From: Balanoglossus misakiensis
Taxonomy: Eukaryota; Animalia; Hemichordata
DNA: 64,000 nucleotides
Assembly: GCA_040954595.2 (NCBI GenBank)
Contig: CM082576.2
Location: 7,567,129-7,631,128 of the forward strand
Direction of reading: 5' to 3'
The position numbers and the translations under genes are program-made. Positions 41,201-52,853 of this stretch are shown here, piece after piece. How positions within the stretch are numbered: position 1 is the stretch's first letter; the number at the start of each line of letters is the position of its first letter. Below the pieces are notes generated by a model. It did not search any database. It saw only the letters and a program-made list of their open reading frames with translations, and was not told the DNA's origin.

Positions 41201-43228
41201 GTCTCCAAAATTGATTGGAAAGAATAAGTCCACATTGCTGTGTTTCTCGGCGTAAGTCACTGTAACCCGAAACTTGAAACAAAAATATGGGGGAGGGGGG
41301 TTAGCTGTATCATATTTGGGGGAAACTTGAGATCGATCAAAGCGCTTGCATGACGTGAATTTGGCCAAAAATTAGGATGTTTTTGCAAAAAATATATATA
41401 CATACTGTTTCATTATTTTTAAAGTGTACTGGTTGCGTGATTCCAATTTCCACATCTTTGATGAAAAAGTCCTCTATCTTAAATCCTTTTCCCAGACTGT
41501 TGTCTCTGCCAGTGTCGACATTCAGCTTAATCATGTGTTCTATTCTGGGTTGTCCAAGTTCATACACTTGATACCTGGTGTGAAAAAAATAATGGTCAGT
41601 TCATGTGTGAGGGCGCCATAACCTCATGACACCAAACTTCAGTTGTCAGAGATTACGAGTTTTGTTAGGGTTAAACACACACATCTTGAAATATAAATGC
41701 CTGCCTTGAATGGAAATGGGAGATGAAGTCATTTCATCTGTTTTCCGGCATGTCTCAGCATCTTAGTCATGCATACCTGATATGTCCAGGACAAGTTTCT
41801 GAAATCGTGACTGAAAATGAATTTTGACCTTTCAAAGGTACACGTGAAGTCCACTTCCTTAACAACATCAGAATCTATGTTTGAAACAGTAATGAATGGA
41901 TGTCACTTTATTTCCTTCAATCCCTAAATGCACTTACCAGAGATCATCCATCAACAGACAATGTGTACTGGCGTGGTATGCGTCATGATCTGTGATGTGA
42001 TCTGGTGTCTCAGTGCTGGAACAGTCCTGGCCTCCACGCGTCTGGTATTTCGAGTCCTCCAAATCTTGGCAGTGACAACAAAATCCCTGTGTAGATGGAA
42101 GAACACAAAGTAATTAAAAGCCACACGTTTTTTTTTTAATATCACAGAGAGCTGTTGCCAAGAAATTAATCTCCTACAAACAGCTTATTTACTGTGCATG
42201 AAGCCACATCTGTAAATGACTGATCTTTGTTCTGTCAAAGGCTAAACCTGACCTTTGTGATTTGGTGCGATTCTTGAGATGTAGTAACCTTTGGCCCGCA
42301 ACTGCCAGGGTTACATCCAGTGTATTGTCTGTCGTTGTCTTTGCTGATCACATCTTCATATGCATAGTTATTTACCATCTGCAAAAGAAAAATAATAATG
42401 GCATTGCAGAACCTGAAACTTACATTGCTTATTCACATTACAAGTGTAATGTGGAAAAGATAGTCAACAAGTTGCCATCATAACCAATGTTGATTGAAAT
42501 TTTCCTGTTTTCCAACAAGCAGAACCGTACAGTGAATGAAATGTTCAATAAGTATTTACTTCTCATAATTTTCAACCAACCTTGCCAGAATATCTCAATG
42601 GATAGTTTACAACTGGAGACGACAGCTCATCTATCATAATCTCAATTGGTCTCGACAATGTAATGAACTTTTCAGTTGACGTATCATAGACTTCTGGGAT
42701 AACAATGAAATCTTTCACAGCACTGTGGTCTTCCTGAAAAGTTAAGGACAAGATTGAATAATGCAACTTCTGGTCATCTCCATCCCTGACCAACTTGAGG
42801 ACCCCCCCCCCCCCCAAAAAAAAATGTTCTCTCTCTCTGACCTTTGTAGTACTTTTTTTCCAGACAGCCAAATTGAATGACATTGCGAGGTCTTGCTTTA
42901 GTCAGAAATCCAGTGAATTAACTAGGTGTCGAAAAGGACTAACCTTCGTGGAAACTGCACTAACAGTAACATCCTTGTTCTTGACGATCCTGCTCTTGTT
43001 GGTCGTGGAAGTCGCATTCAACGTGACAACAATGATGTGTGTCGAGCCCGTCGTCAGCAACTCCGCCGTTGTGTGTATTTCGGTTTCGTCGTCGTTTGAT
43101 CGCAGGGTTGTTCGGTGAAGGTGGACGCACATTATTGTCCATGAGAATATTAAGATCGTTAGAAAAGTCTGCTTCGCTGAGTAAGTGGGCATCATCACCC
43201 GCCGATCGCCAAACTCATAGAATCTCAT
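38278..43228 (-). CDS. HAP2: HAP2/GCS1 (hapless 2) class II fusexin homologue with atypical architecture, ~769 aa
   Basis: Exons 43228-42944 (N-terminal hydrophobic segment), 42733-42581 (VYDT...LSRPIEIMI...VNYPLRY), 42378-42253 (MVNNYAYEDV...C...C), 42086-41938 (GFCCHC...TRGGQDC...STHCLLMDDLW), 41574-41406 (YQVYELG), 41272-41141 (DKVVLIP), 40969-40796 (DGSQCNKMGVSYQAFINQEDPCNKPLMTCLENQP, the HAP2/GCS1 signature), 40637-40181 (ends in TM GILATLILLLLLL), 40102-40068 (least certain), 39653-39533, 39240-39076, 38965-38868, 38680-38582 and 38424-38278. The exons sum to 2310 nt, in frame. Confidence 0.9.
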
Positions 43229-44563
43229 GTTGGTCTTACCGGTGTTTGATGTACACTGTACAACACAACAACAATGTACACCGACACAAAATGATCGAGA
43301 TCCTGGTTGCGATATTTTGAAAAAAAAATACTAGACGTGGCGGGGTCTGAGAGTACCCAATAAGAAAAGTCACTTGCGGGTAAAACACTCCGATTTCCCA
43401 CTCACAGAAGCACGACTGTACTCTCGATCACTTCACCTTCAGAATGATCGCGCGCCTGACTATCACCGACATCTTGATTGACCCCGAGCTCGGGGTCGCG
43501 TGACGTAATAGACGACGGGGAATCCCACTGTATGCAAATATTGCAACGCAAACGGTGAACACGCACATAGCGACAACGTGGAACCCCACCTTAGAAATGA
43601 TATAAAAATGCCACTTATTGTCTTTCTAAATATGAAATAAGTTATTTCACGAAAATTTCAGTGAGTAAATTCTACTTTTGTGTCCTGTTCCCAGTCGAAA
43701 AGTCGGATAAAAGAAAGCAACGCCTCGATTAATCCCTGGTAAATTTGCAATGGAATTATGATTAGAAATAAACTGGTTGTATATTAATTGAATCATTTTC
43801 TACCCAGTTAATCAGTAATTTTCGCATATGGCCAGGTATATTAACACCCGGATGTCAAGATCCATGGCACTCTATTACTATTGACCTGACAGTGACTTAG
43901 AACATTTAGTACTAGGGGGCATAAATCTTGGGACCATTAATACTGATGTATTGACACATTAGAGGGCACCAATGCGAATTTGACCCCATAAAAGACACTG
44001 CTACTACCGGTATTATAGATTTTACTATGATTGGTTTTATTAATGAACATTCAGTCACAGTGAAAGCAATGTACTGGGTAAGTCGAGTTAAAAATACACA
44101 ATATACCCACGCAAAGTCTTGTCAATGAGAGTCTGTTGTTTTGTCTCACAAAACATGAATTTGTCTAATCCTACAATCGCATCAGTCCTGTTGGAATTTT
44201 CTTGGCAGTATATTAAATTTTAAAAAAAGTATGATACAAATCTTGCGTGTTTCAGCACACAAGTTAAATACTTGGAATACTTGCACAAAAGTTGATGGCG
44301 ATGTGTGCTTTGAATATGGCAATAAACATGAAATAGTCTCTGATCATATAGCATACAGTTATGTCCGTCGGAGGCCACATTCAGTGTTCATTCCAAGAAA
44401 TGACTCCGAACATTCAACAAAATGTTTGCTGACATGGCATGGTCACATGTTCATTCCACCCTTTTGTGTGTATGGCTGGACAATTTCACAGCGGTTCTCC
44501 TGCAGCAAGCTGGAGATACCTCAACTCGGAGGACGTCCGACCAATGACCGGCACCGAGGACCG

Positions 44564-47500
44564 TCACTGCACCAGCGCGGCCATCAGAAGTTCAATCTTG
44601 TTGACCAAGTTCCTCCCTTTCATCTTCTCAACGTTGACTTCCTTGAAGTAACCTCCCAGGTTATCCCACTTGGAATCTATGATCACGTCGCTGCGCGCCT
44701 CCGTGCTGCTCTGTTGATTCTTGGGGAACTGCACCGATACCCGGGTGCCGCTGTCTGCTCCATTCCGCACGGCAATGACCCTGTCAAGGAATGAACAAAC
44801 ACAGTATGCTTTAGAGTGTTTTCTTGGAACATGCAGTTGGAGATTTAAATTTCAATCTACCACTGTTATGTGTCTCCATCCTGGCAATGCCAGAGAGATG
44901 ATAATTTTTTTTCCAGTAATAATTCAGATCTGCTGAAATTATATTTACACAGTGACAACAATTCTTGCCATTCTCCCATCAACACCCCCCCCCCCCCCAC
45001 CCTCAAACTTTGAGTGACTCACCTGTCCCCCGACGGAGATATGAGCATAATTCCGGCAGCGTTTCCGATCTTCTCCACGGGCCCCACTCCGAGGTGCACA
45101 CTGCTCTGAAGAACCTGCCAACCCATGACTTTAGCCAGGGCTTGAATGCTGTTCACTTGATGCTGTGCAATCTGATCATCCAAAGTAAAAAAGAAGAAAG
45201 TACACAGTCATATTCATGATGCTTGTCTCTCATATCCCTCAGAACCTTATGGTCATTGCTATGTTGGGTGGCTGGCCAAATTGACTTAATCAAATGCACA
45301 CTTAGCGTAACACAGTTAAGAAAATAACACTGGGAACACTAAACTTGTATGAGTACTCTGTACATAGATTGACCCTGCAAAATTTATCACACAATACACC
45401 TGATTTGCATGTTTGGTTTGGTTTCAGTAGAGGAACTGACATTCATCTGGTTCAGGTACCATCATCAATTTTGTGAACAACTGCTGCTTTCAGATACTGG
45501 TACATTTTTTTGGATGCAGGGTATCATTCATTAAAATTTGAGTCTGTACATGTAGCTCTATGGCGCAAATTTTCTGCCGGAAACTCACTTGTGAGGACAG
45601 GAAGTTTTTGATTTCTTGTTCTTCGTACGACAGAACGATCACTCGTCCATCTTTGCAGACAGCTTTGACTTGATCGATTCCAATGACTAGCTGAAGCGGT
45701 GTCCTGGATACAAAACACAAACATGAAAACTTATAGATGTTTGTCAGGCAATAAAATAGTATGTAGATCATTGATGTCTACTGGTATAAATTTCAACACC
45801 ATGGAAAGAGCAGATGCTTCTCACCTTCCGATATGTTCATAGCCACTGGACATGATCTGTAATTTGACACTGGACTGTAAATTTTGATTGGCAGCACTCC
45901 AGTGGGCTAGAAGACATGGATCATTCAGATGTCTGGCGAGGTTGTCTATGATGTTACACACCCTTTCAAAGAAGACAAAGTGTACACAGAAGGTTATTAG
46001 TGTTGTCATTCACACTCATCGTGTGGGAGATTTGGTGTTTTTACCCTCTCCATTACCATTTATTTTACTGACAGAAAACCTTTGTTACAGAAACTGAGAT
46101 ATACAGTATTCATATGTATGCTATATATGCAACTGATTTTCATACATCCACACTCATTGAGACTGTGAATATTTAAGCAATAACCCCCGCCGCAGGCGGG
46201 TATACACGAGATTTGGGTACAATTCGAGACATATAGCACGAGCCGTCAGGCGAGTGCTATATGGAGCGAATTGTACCCAAATCGAGTGTATACCCGACTG
46301 AGGCGGGGGTTATTGCTATTATATTATATCAACAACTGTTTTTGTGGCATATCAGTGTCATTTTCTTACCGAAACGGCGTCAGAAAGAGAAATTGTGATC
46401 GTGAACCAAAATGGCGACGACGAATGTAAACACGCGCGGCCGGGATCGAGCATTAAACATGCAGCAGACGACAAAAAGTGACAAGACGGGCATCGCGCGT
46501 GGCAAAGCGACAAATATATCCACAGAGCAGTTCCAAAATAAAACGTCCGTTAATTCAACAGTATTTTTGTTTTATTTATTTGGTTTAAACACGCGCGACT
46601 GTGGTTTAACCGCACATTTTTGCTGCCGAATGCTAGTTCAGGGGCCCGTTTTACCACTGCTAGCCATGGTAAAACAGTATTTTACCATCGCTGGATTCAG
46701 CTCTCGTCCAATCAGAATCACGGACGGTAGCATGATATAATATAATTTGTAATACGAAAGACTCAGAGCTACAAATTGAACCTGCTGTATACATACCTTG
46801 TTTGTAATACTTTATGTCTGACTTGTTTCAATATCTTCTCCAACAAACATTCACTATAAGAAAAAGATAGACATAAGTATTTTAAAATCAAAATTGAAAA
46901 ACATTCACAACGTGCACCAGACACACTGAATGAGACGATACCAAAGACTACTACTGTGGGTATTAAAAAAAGACTGTGTATCACCTCTGTTGGAACTCTG
47001 CAAGCTCTTTCTTTCCCATGGCCTGTGCCCCGGCCAGTCGCCTTCTTTTACTGACGCCTATGGGCGCCGTGACAGGGTGTGGCGTTGATGGATTCAGGTT
47101 GTTTTGGTGAAGCTCTCTCAGGAGTTGATGCAATGAATGTTCTAATACTGCGCTGTTGGGTGGTGCCCGTGATGTCGATGTGTCATGATTCTGTGTGGAC
47201 TGCAATCGAAATGGGATATAATGATGACAGATTCAAGTGAAATGGCTACAGCCTCAAAGAACTGCCAGCTCTGAAAAAAAATAGTTCTGTAAAAGTACAA
47301 TGGAGAATTTGAGAAATGGAGTCTCCACTAGACATTACAGATGCAATAATCTAACTTTTGAGTTATTTAATTGCATTGCATTGTATTTAATTGTATTGTA
47401 TTGTATTTTAGTATTGTATTGTCTGTATAGTATAGTATCATTGTAGACATCAACCTACCTTTTTGCCTGTGTTGTCATGACAGAGTGTGATACAAAGCTG

Positions 47501-48938
47501 TATTCCTGGGAATACATGGGATACTATTTGATTTCCAATGACAAGGTGAGGTATTGGGGCTTTCAGCTGCACTGCTTCCCTTGCCAGCTGCAAAACAAAA
47601 CACAGAAGGTTGCATTGAAATGGTGGAATGAATAATTATCAGAAAGAAGTGAAAACCCAAGTATTTGTCGTGAAACCTGGAAATACTTATCCAGAGTTTT
47701 ACTTTTGCCATGTGGCATTTATAAAAACTCTTATTACATCTATGCTTAATGTGTACACACCTGGGCAAACAGCTCTTTGCAAAACAGCACCGTCTGCGCA
47801 GTTTCCAACGTTTCCTGCCAGTGGGTATCTGTAGCTATCTTCCCTTTGAAACAATCGAATAGCCCATCTTGAGGTGGGTCTGCTCCCTCTGATGATGAAA
47901 CAAAATTCACTTGTCAGCTTTGCGATATAAATTTCACTGTGATTGTAGGGATAATGATACGTTACAAATGATAAGCTGTGGGAAATCTTGACCACTGACC
48001 TTGCTGGATGCACACATGGATGTAACTTCTGCCTGACAGATCACTGGGCACGCTGACTTCCAACGGGTGGGTACACTCCTCCCCTTGCTCCCTGTTCTCC
48101 GCAGTCTTGATCACTTCAAACGCTCCATTGTGCCAAAACCTGGACCCAGCTGCAAACACATAGTCAACAGTCAATGGTAAATATACACATGGTCATGAGA
48201 ATGGTAGCACAAAGCTTATCTCTCTCCTTGGGGACTGACAGTGACCTAAACCCCTTTCACCATCATGGTTTGGTCCACATCCATTGTTTTCTGTCTTAGA
48301 GTTGGACATCCACAGACAGAAATAGGGTGAACCAGGCTTACTGCAGTACATTTAATTTCAATAGCAAAAACAAACAAACTCTTGGGTCAATCATATACCC
48401 TCGAAAATACAGAGTACAGGCAGATAAACACTGCATCTGACCTGTTTTGAAACTGAGATCACCGATGATGGTCTTGCCGACTTTCTTCAGCCTCCAGTTC
48501 TGGTGTAGCCTGAGAAGTTCTGAGTGGAAATCTTGTTTTTTGGACATCAGGCTTTGTGTTTGTGATCGGAAGAGTCTGCTGGCTCCCATGACGAGTATAT
48601 TGGATGCACCAGCCATGCTCTGAAAAGACAGAAACAAAGGGGATGGGGGTAAATGTCTTGTAGGGAATAAATGTCCTTAAACTAGCTGTTTTAAAGTTAC
48701 ATGTACCTGGCCAAAACAATAAGCATGATTTACTACTATGCCGTGTACCTTTTTCTTTGCAAGGAGCTGTATGACAGGTTTTGTTGGGGGCAAGTCCTGT
48801 GACACTGGGTCCAGTACCATGTACCTCTTCTCCTTGGCAATGCCGAGAACATCTGCTAGGACACTGACTTCGGTCAAGGCATGGCTGCATCAATGAGGAA
48901 AGAGACAGTGTGTTTATGACATATATGACAGATGATGC

Positions 48939-48997
<59 letters not shown>

Positions 48998-49079
48998 CCA
49001 CCACACTCACCATCACCATCATCATCATCATCATCACCACACTCACCATCACCATCATCATCATCATCACCACACTCAC

Positions 49080-49177
<98 letters not shown>

Positions 49178-49945
49178 CCACCACCAGTCCACCACACCAC
49201 ACCACACCACATTCACAAACATTACTGGACAAAGTTGTTATATGTGGAAAAACCATCACCATGTACACATGTATTACCGGAGTTTGTTTCGAACTGATTC
49301 CCATGGCCACTGTGGTGGTTGGAATGGCGTCAGCTCCTTCCCTGTTTCATCATCATCCTTCTCCTCTGTTTTGTCTTTTTCTGGTGTTTCCTCTTCCTCG
49401 CCGTTTTTATTGAAGTCAATTCTGTGTGCTAACTTGGTGAGGTTCTCTGACATAGACAGTGGCCTGTTAGGAATAATAGCCAATAGAGATTCCAATTCAT
49501 TTGCATAGTGTCAACTTATTCATGCATTTGACCCCAGGTCATATTAGAAATGCCCAAGCCTTCCCTGTACAATGTACTACACTACACATGATGGTGGTGC
49601 GTCTGGACTGTCTTGTGTACCACCTCTTCGGAAATTATGCCCGGTGTACTCTAGACATTCTAGTGGGCCCAGCTGTTAAAGTACCTTTCAATTCCATGAG
49701 TGTACTGCATAAGTACACACATGATGATCAACACGAGAGTACCCTATTCATTGTTGACAAAATAGACAACATGTAAATAAATGTTTACTGTGGTATTTTG
49801 ACAATGTTTTAATTGTGAATACGCTCTAGGGTGTATTCAGAAACGATACTTACGCGATATAAGTTTCCTGGCCATCCAGAGATACTTCCTGGATCTGGTT
49901 TTCTGAGATCGCCTCCACACTCACTTTAACCCCGTTGGTAGCCAT
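44564..49945 (-). CDS. MED17: Mediator of RNA polymerase II transcription subunit 17
   Basis: N-terminus [29 protein letters not shown]|[17 protein letters not shown]; PWESVRNKL; [27 protein letters not shown]; [28 protein letters not shown]; [10 protein letters not shown]...PHPVTAP.G..KRRRLAG; C-terminus [15 protein letters not shown]. About 13 coding exons with GT-AG junctions (first 49945-49854, last ~44780-44564). Confidence 0.96.
46174..46746. mobile_element. Non-autonomous Crypton-like palindromic DNA element, in a MED17 intron
   Basis: Starts TAAGCAATAA. Positions 46176-46317 form a ~65-bp-arm hairpin with a central CGAGCCGTCAGGCGAG loop. It ends ...CCAATCAGAATCACGG...GATATAA, and ATTATATTATATCA (46318-46331) and TGATATAATATAAT (46733-46746) are a perfect 14-bp inverted repeat. 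The layout recalls non-autonomous CryptonV-type elements; the family call is from memory. Confidence 0.6.
47369..47445. repeat. Degenerate (ATTGT/ATAGT)n pentanucleotide microsatellite
   Basis: ATTGCATTGCATTGTATTTAATTGTATTGTATTGTATTTTAGTATTGTATTGT...ATAGTATAGT, in a MED17 intron. Confidence 0.8.
48247..48340. mobile_element. Reverse-oriented diverged copy of the piggyBac-like MITE, in a MED17 intron
   Basis: AACCCCTTTCACCATCATGGTTTGGTCC...CCATTGTTTTC...GTTGGAC...GAAATAGGGGTGAA matches the reverse complement of the family consensus. Confidence 0.62.
48939..49208. repeat. Long (CAT)n microsatellite with CACCACACTCAC interruptions and a (CACCA)n tail
   Basis: About 240 bp of CAT repeats in the MED17 intron between exons ending at 49278 and starting at 48884; three interruption units. 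Confidence 0.97.
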
Positions 49946-52853
49946 CTTTGTTCTCATCCGATCGTTGAGGGCGCTCACCCCGAAGACGACTATGCTTTTG
50001 TTTTTGCACTGACTCTTACGCATGACAGGTAACTTTTTGGATCACGTACAAACGGAATCCTTCCCTTTGGAAGAGGCCTACTAGCCCCTTACAAAAGTTA
50101 TCTACTCTCTAGACAATTCGACATCAGTTTGACAGCAAGCAAGCTTTGTGTCACATTATATGTCCTCACACCAGAAGTGAGCGCCCCTTGTGCAAAATTA
50201 CTTTTTATCTGTCCATTTCCAACTAAGATTTTGTTGTAGACTTTTTTCAAGAAAAGACACAGTGTGGTATCCTTCTTCTGTATGATTTTTTACGAGTAAT
50301 GATGTCTTTCAAAATCCATTGTGCTGCTGAGAACTGTTTCCCTTCTGTCTTGCATCAAATAGTTTGTCTGTCCTTGAAGAACTCGCTTTTTTGTTCACCC
50401 CCGGAGGTTAATGTTCATTCTTAGCCTAATTGCCTCGCAGTTGCTAGTTATTAGGTCACGCGGCCTGTTTTTACTGTGACAGATAGCAATAAACCTGCCA
50501 AAACCGTGTGACCTAATAGCAAACGACTGTGAATATTGTCTACGTGTGTGACATGACACCTGTGCGTGTCTCACCGTCAAGTCAAGAGATCAAGTCCATC
50601 TGAATTTGTTTAGTTTCCATTTGAGGACGCAGTCGAGCATGCAGTTCGGGTTCTGGTGTCTGGAGATTACAGCTGTCGCTCTTCAAACTTACCAACGCGA
50701 CCAGAATAGACAATTAGGCCACGGGTGAACAAAAAACCGAGATATCACCAAGGACAAATTCTGAACTATATTGGGAGTGCTCCATTCTTCGCGCCTTTAT
50801 TCGCCAATACATATGGGTTGCATCGCTTTGTCATCATTTCATATCGGTCTGTATTTCAAAGTTTGAAAAAGACAATAAAACCTTTAGTCTGCTTCCAGGT
50901 GGATTTTAAAGATATACGTTATTGGCCGAAGTTTAGCAGACGTCATGAATTTCTCTTTAAGTGATATTGATCTTGTTCATTGTACTGGAATAGTGGGAGC
51001 GACAATGGGATGGTTTCAGGTCAGGTTGTAACCATACAAGCTATTATGACGGACTTGCTAGACCGTGCACCGTATTGTAAGGCTAAGAGCTTCTTTTCAA
51101 CAGGGCGGGCAGTTTAACTGTCTTCATTAAAACGTAACGGAGGACAGACCTATCTTTACTCCACTGGTCAGAAAGCAAAGTGACGTGAACTGTTTTATGT
51201 CACGCAAGCACTTTCGATTAAAACAAGTACTTGAAGGCAACACAAAATGTAGCTGCAATCGAATGGCAAGACTTGATTAGAAAACCAAGCCAGTATCACC
51301 AGAGATAATAGTTTACTAATATGTCCGACGTCCTTGGATACAGTTGCACCGGCGCCGTAATTATAGGAAGAGTTTCACATGTGATGGATTTGCGCCTAAG
51401 GTAAAAGCCTAAATATGTGCAGAAATGCGCCACAAGATTGTTTAAGCCTCGGATGAAGCACCCGTAAAAACGGGGTGAAGTCAAGTTGGCCTTGAAAGTG
51501 ATACGGGCGATGGCCAGAAAAAACTCTTACAAGTAAACGCATGTAGCTGCAACTGCCATCCCGACAGATACTCAGAATCTGTCCTTCAAATCAAATGCAC
51601 CAAGTAAAACATCATTCGGAATGATAGCGCAGTTGGGTCGTTTGATATCGGGGTATGGAAGATTGACCCTGGTTGGCAGAAGAAATTAATAATGCCACAT
51701 CATCAATCTTTCAGACGCCGGGTATCCACCACTCTGGTCCTTATATGGAAAGAAGACTACTTCTAGACCCCAATGATCAACGAAATGTTTATAAATGTAT
51801 TAGTGACTTGAAAATTCGTTGATTTTGAAAGTGGACTTGATTTATTGGAATGGGGAAAGTCTCGATAATGCTCACTTTTACTGCTCGACTTTACTCTGGT
51901 TCTGCGGTTTATCACGAAAACTTATCAAAATCGCCAGTTCACGCCCTCAGGCGGTTGAAAGATTCAGAAGGAAAAAAAGATGGAGGGATGCTTGGGGTGT
52001 GCGTCTTCAGCCTGGCTGACAGAAAAAGGTACGAAAAGAAGCTAGAAGGTATACCCTCCACGTCAGTTGACTGCCCTTTGTTTATTTTGATGGTTATGGA
52101 CCACCTGCAGGTCACTATCTTCACATTTGGCGACCTGCCAAGTCACCTTTGAGACGGGGCAATGGCCACGAGTTTCATCAACGGAGAACATTATCCTCCT
52201 CATCCTGATATCTATGCAAATATGGTAATGTCAAAGGTCGGTGCGTGTCCGAAAATCTCGACCAGGCGGCTGAACCACGGAGCTCTGCAGCACAAGGTGA
52301 GCGTTCCAGCAACTTTCCTGGTTTCGGTCGAATTTCTACGTAAACCCGGTGCATTTTAAAGCAGAAATAATGCTTCAGTGTGGAATGCTTTGAATGCGAA
52401 AAAGTTTGCCGACGTGTGAAAGTTTCTTCGGACGAAGTTTTACCTTTTTACCGGCAACTCCCCAGCGCACTTTATGGGTTGTTGTACTCTACATTCTGCT
52501 ATCTGCTTCTGTGATCTGGAACACTTTGTACCGGAGAGACAGTCTTTAACATTCTTTTGGTCAAGTGACCCGAACTTCGCCCTATTTTAACCATCTCCGG
52601 TAAATTGAAGTCGAACACAGTAATACATCTGTTGCCATTTTCGAGGCATTTTCTGAAAGATACATTTCTTTTTGAAGCTAAAAAACAAGACGCACTTTTC
52701 TTTGACAAAGTTCTACCCCCTCCCCCATTCCGTGGTTTGTCAAATATCCCGAGTCTTATCTTTCAAATTCCATTCGGACAAAAATCAAACCAGGTAATTT
52801 ATGGAAGCGAACATTCTTTTTTCCTCACTGCAATTCTTTTTTTGACTTTCAGC

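Noticed and set aside
38278-43228. Endogenous viral class II glycoprotein or pseudogene as the explanation for the fusexin
   Set aside because: Thirteen spliceosomal introns, an intact frame, HAP2-specific motifs and no flanking retroelement genes favour a cellular HAP2 derivative.
44231-44794. 187-aa plus-strand ORF
   Set aside because: Antisense to the MED17 last exon and 3'UTR, with no recognisable protein features.
48459-49413. Long poly-Met, poly-Asp, poly-Ile and poly-Ser ORFs in the track
   Set aside because: They are translations of the intronic (CAT)n microsatellite; MED17 exons splice around it.
51296-52359. Cluster of short ORFs upstream of papilin, considered as a transposon remnant or small gene
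   Set aside because: No RT, transposase or other motifs and no consistent splice chain.
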